DNA of 64,000 bases. Source: Sediminibacterium sp. (lineage in GTDB: Bacteria > Bacteroidota > Bacteroidia > Chitinophagales > Chitinophagaceae). The translations under genes were made by a program, and so were the position numbers. Under the pieces are notes generated by a model. The model was not told where the DNA came from and searched no databases. It saw only the letters and a list, made by a program, of their open reading frames with translations. Location: NCBI GenBank assembly GCA_040403885.1, contig JBBAJX010000008.1, forward strand, positions 13,169 through 77,168, written 5' to 3'. Positions 60,395 to 64,000 of the stretch are shown in pieces (position 1 is the first letter of the stretch; each line of letters opens with the position of its first letter).

Positions 60395-61942
60395 TTATTG
60401 CAAGATAAAAGTAATGGTTTGATCTAATTTTCTAGTGCCCCCTCCTGGCTCTGTTACTTTAATTTCACCAATAGTCACCGTGGTGCCTGGTTGACATCTT
60501 CTAATTAAAGATTGTGCGCCACCTGCAAAAGCAGCTCCATTGACTTCGGCTACTTCAGGTTCGTCAAAACCTTTTCCAGTTGCAATGACAATAAATGAAA
60601 CTACATTAAATTTAATACCCTCAAATACAAAGTCTCTTAAATCGGCAATCACCCCTTGTTGAACTCTAAATTTATTAGCAGTCATATTGCCTCCTGCACT
60701 TCCACCAATAATGGCAATTGGATCTGGAACACGCTTAACGGGTATATTAATTTTTTGAGATAATTTACCATCATTCACATTCACCATTACATTGCCAAGT
60801 TGCGTACACTTCACTATATATTGTCCAGCGCCCGCTTTACTAACGCTTGCACCTATTCCTTCTACTGTTACATTTATTTTTTCAGCGCCGCCCCCGCCTG
60901 TTACACTTAATGGATTATCTAAGCCTTTATAAAATACTCTTGTTTTATCTGTTGACACCACTAAACCAGCAGGTGTACCTACTGTATACTTTACATCCTT
61001 CTCTACAATAGCGGTTTCTCCATTAGGCTTTAAAAAAGAAATTCTTACTCTTTTTGAATTAATCCCTGGTGCCCCTGCTGTTGATTTATAGATAGCAGAA
61101 CCATCGGCAGTGATAGGTAAGTTCACACCATCTATTGAAATAGAAGGCTTGGCTGCACTACTAAATGCACCTACCCCTGCAGTAATCACTAATTCTTCTC
61201 CTTGCATTAAGTATTGAGAATTAGAAGCCGCAAAGGCATTGAACTGATCGTAAATTAATTCTACTTCTCCAATTTCTTTATGGCAGTATTCAGCTACTTG
61301 TGCTTCACTATTACGAATATCGTTTTGAAACTTAGTTAAGATAGTAATAGCTGCTACACTAGGCGTCATATGAAAGTAAGCATAGGCCCAATCGTCTTTA
61401 CCTGCAATACTTGAAGTAGCAGGAATAGATAAGTCTAATGGTAAATTAGGAATCACTTCTTTCGCAATTGCAGGATCAATAGCTGATAAATCGGCTTTAA
61501 ATTGAACTAATCTATTATAGAGTTCCTTTCCTTTTGAATTGCCTGCTTTATTATTCAAGAACAACCTTGAAGTGGCATCTAAATCATCTTCTTTATATTC
61601 CTCTTTACCGTTCTTTGTTTTCAAACCTGACTCTACTTTTAAAGCATGCTTCAATGATTCTACATAAGTATAGACTGCGTCAGCAAAGGCATGTGCTTTT
61701 TCTGCTTTAGGTGCCCATATTGCAGCTTTTTCTGCCGATTTTGGATCCGACATTTTTGCCTTCAAAGATTTATAAATATCTGCGTTTTTTCTCTCTATAA
61801 TATTACTTGCACTATTTAAACTTTGCTCGATTGTTTTAAATGCATTGAGAATTTCACTAGATACATTTAATGCCAACAACGCAGTTAACACTATATACAT
61901 AATGTTTATCATCTTCTGCCTTGGCTCCTTAGGTAATGACAT
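60395..61942 (-). CDS. gldM: Gliding/T9SS motor protein GldM
   Basis: PKEPRQKMINIMYIVLTALLALNVSSEIL; KRVPDP. Confidence 0.95.
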   Translation of the reverse strand: MSLPKEPRQKMINIMYIVLTALLALNVSSEILNAFKTIEQSLNSASNIIERKNADIYKSLKAKMSDPKSAEKAAIWAPKAEKAHAFADAVYTYVESLKHALKVESGLKTKNGKEEYKEDDLDATSRLFLNNKAGNSKGKELYNRLVQFKADLSAIDPAIAKEVIPNLPLDLSIPATSSIAGKDDWAYAYFHMTPSVAAITILTKFQNDIRNSEAQVAEYCHKEIGEVELIYDQFNAFAASNSQYLMQGEELVITAGVGAFSSAAKPSISIDGVNLPITADGSAIYKSTAGAPGINSKRVRISFLKPNGETAIVEKDVKYTVGTPAGLVVSTDKTRVFYKGLDNPLSVTGGGGAEKINVTVEGIGASVSKAGAGQYIVKCTQLGNVMVNVNDGKLSQKINIPVKRVPDPIAIIGGSAGGNMTANKFRVQQGVIADLRDFVFEGIKFNVVSFIVIATGKGFDEPEVAEVNGAAFAGGAQSLIRRCQPGTTVTIGEIKVTEPGGGTRKLDQTITFILQ

Positions 61943-61982
61943 GTATACTAGATTTTAAAAAATGAATGTTTGAATAATTGAA

Positions 61983-62666
61983 TTAACGTCCTTGCATTGC
62001 AATAATCATATTGCCATACACTTTGTTTAATTGAGTAAGGTTGTCAGCTAATAATGCAATTTGCTCTTTAGCTCTAATAGCATCTTGCGCAGAACTTGAC
62101 ATGGCATCAGCAGCATCTGTTAACTTTGTATAATAGGTATTCATGGCTTCCATACTTTTACTCATCATAGCAAACTGTTCATTTAAGTTTTTAACACCAT
62201 CGGTAGCCGATGCAAAACTTCCTAAATTACTAGAAACAACTCCTGCCGCATCTTTGATAGAACTTAAAGCAATGGCTGCATCCTTGGTATTATGTGTAAA
62301 ATCTTTACTTGCTTTTGACATATCTGCTAAATCACCCAAATACATAGCAGTATCATTTAAGCGCTGAAAACTATTACTTAATTTTTCAAAAGCAGCGCCG
62401 TCTAATTTGGCTGCTTCCAAATGCGCCATGACAGAATCTACTGCACCTGCTTGTGGAGCATGCGTTGCATCCCCTACTTCTGGCGGTGGCAAGAAAGCAT
62501 AGATAGTAAAAATTACGGCTTCTGTAATGAAACCAACTATTAAAGCATAATCGGCCCATGCTAGATGTAAGATTTTTGCCAATGTAGCTATAATAACTAC
62601 CGCAGCTCCTAAAGAGAAAACTACGTTAATGATCTTATTGGTTTTGGGAGAAATGGAATTTGACAT
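61983..62666 (-). CDS. gldL: Gliding/T9SS motor protein GldL
   Basis: GAAVVII...KILH, TM Glu in FITEAVIF, LNKVYGNMI C-terminus. Confidence 0.92.
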   Translation of the reverse strand: MSNSISPKTNKIINVVFSLGAAVVIIATLAKILHLAWADYALIVGFITEAVIFTIYAFLPPPEVGDATHAPQAGAVDSVMAHLEAAKLDGAAFEKLSNSFQRLNDTAMYLGDLADMSKASKDFTHNTKDAAIALSSIKDAAGVVSSNLGSFASATDGVKNLNEQFAMMSKSMEAMNTYYTKLTDAADAMSSSAQDAIRAKEQIALLADNLTQLNKVYGNMIIAMQGR

Positions 62667-62748
62667 TTGAAAAATTTATAAATTTTATAGGATACTATTT
62701 AATTCGAAATGATGATTATAAAATAATGATTATAATTAGAAATAATTT

Positions 62749-63999
62749 TTAATTAATTCTTGGCGCCATTGACAATACACATCTGAACCCAATATAAGAT
62801 TTAGCGGTGTCTTGGTATTCATAATTTCTAGTACTTACCTGAATATTGTAAGCGATATCTTTCCAAGAACCTCCTCTTACTACTTTTCTTTTCATAGAAA
62901 TGGGGTCTTCCTCTTTTGCATTGTATTGTAAATCGGGGCTAAAATCTCCCATAAAATTATAGCCACCTTCATAATATACAGAGCTTGTCCATTCCGCTAC
63001 ATTACCTGCCATATCATATAATCTAAAACCATTTTCTGGAAAAGATTGGACTTTAGTGGTGTAAATATTGTCGTTCTTCGCATCTGATCCAAAATAATCA
63101 CCTCTTCCTGGTTTAAAATTAGCAAGCAATCTTCCTTCCTTAGTTCTTGTATAAGGAGAACCCCATGGATACATATTATTTGTTTTGGAATTGCCTCTTG
63201 CAGCATATTCCCACTCTGCCTCTGTGGGTAAACGATAAATACCATCAATTTTTTCGTCTTTCTTATTTCCTTTGTCTAAATAAAAATTACTATTATTAGT
63301 TCTCCAATGACAGAAAGCAATAGCTTGCTTCCAAGTAACCCCTACCACTGGATATTCATTATAAGATGGGTGTGAAAAGTATAAACGGGTAAAAGGTTCG
63401 TTATAAGAATAAGAAAAATCTCTCATCCATACAAGTGAATCGGGATAAACGGCTTCTGTTTGAGAAACCAAAAAATTACTCAAGGGTTGTTCTAATCCTT
63501 TAGAAGCTTTTGCAGCTGCTCTTAAATCGACATAAGAATACCTGTAAATTAATTTAGTAGGATCTATTTCCACTTTACCCTGAATGCGATTATCGGGACT
63601 TAACAATAGTTCATTTAATTTTTCTATGACTGCCTTACTATTAGTATTAATTTTTAAGGCTCTATTCCAATCTACTTTCACAGTATCTTCTGCTTGATTC
63701 ACGCCACCTCCATATACGGCTAAATATTTAAGAGAATCGGATACATATTTTACAAATTTGCGATATTGCTGATTGGTTACTTCCGTACGGTCCATCCAAA
63801 AACCTGAAATAGACACTAATTTTTTTCTATTAACCATGGCCATATCTATCTGCTCGTCGCTAGGTCCCATATAAAAAGATCCTCCTGGTATTGAAATCAT
63901 GTTAGGGTCGGAACGAAACTTAGTAGGTTTAAATGATAATATACTGATAGAACCTAGTATAATTATAACTAATACCAATGGCAGTTTGTATGGCAGTTT
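62749..63999 (-). CDS. gldK: Gliding/T9SS protein GldK (SUMF1/FGE domain); frame open to the window edge, true start probably outside
   Basis: GGSFYMG, MDRTEVTN, YPVVGVTW, RLPTEAEWEYAARG, DMAGNVAEW, RGGSW, IGFRC; first gene of gldKLMN. Confidence 0.92.
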   Translation of the reverse strand, partial: KLPYKLPLVLVIIILGSISILSFKPTKFRSDPNMISIPGGSFYMGPSDEQIDMAMVNRKKLVSISGFWMDRTEVTNQQYRKFVKYVSDSLKYLAVYGGGVNQAEDTVKVDWNRALKINTNSKAVIEKLNELLLSPDNRIQGKVEIDPTKLIYRYSYVDLRAAAKASKGLEQPLSNFLVSQTEAVYPDSLVWMRDFSYSYNEPFTRLYFSHPSYNEYPVVGVTWKQAIAFCHWRTNNSNFYLDKGNKKDEKIDGIYRLPTEAEWEYAARGNSKTNNMYPWGSPYTRTKEGRLLANFKPGRGDYFGSDAKNDNIYTTKVQSFPENGFRLYDMAGNVAEWTSSVYYEGGYNFMGDFSPDLQYNAKEEDPISMKRKVVRGGSWKDIAYNIQVSTRNYEYQDTAKSYIGFRCVLSMAPRIN

Positions 64000-64000
64000 T

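Overview
Core chromosome of an AT-rich Bacteroidota member. Chitinophagaceae-like affinity is my inference, from the LpxC-FabZ fusion, TAnnTTTG promoter boxes, gldKLMN, zapA-rny synteny and protein style. About 57 intact, mostly housekeeping genes: lipid A, DNA repair and replication, translation, atpBEFHA without atpG, the T9SS/gliding motor and several ABC transporters. I saw no tRNA, rRNA, CRISPR array, integrase or transposase. The only clearly accessory segment is a very AT-rich islet of about 2.1 kb (9350-11490). The ORF track splits it into fragments, but it reassembles by two single-base frameshifts into one lipoprotein of about 409 aa with a C-terminal papain-fold Cys-His-Asp domain, followed by a secreted partner gene (toxin/immunity-like layout). 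Other less obvious features: a probable 6S RNA between zapA and rny; an A10 slippage site in dnaX with immediate stops in both shifted frames (gamma/tau recoding); an intrinsic terminator inside the predicted greA leader; a GldK lacking the lipobox Cys; a stand-alone protein resembling the RNAP delta-subunit tail; and a candidate bacterial ceramide synthase.
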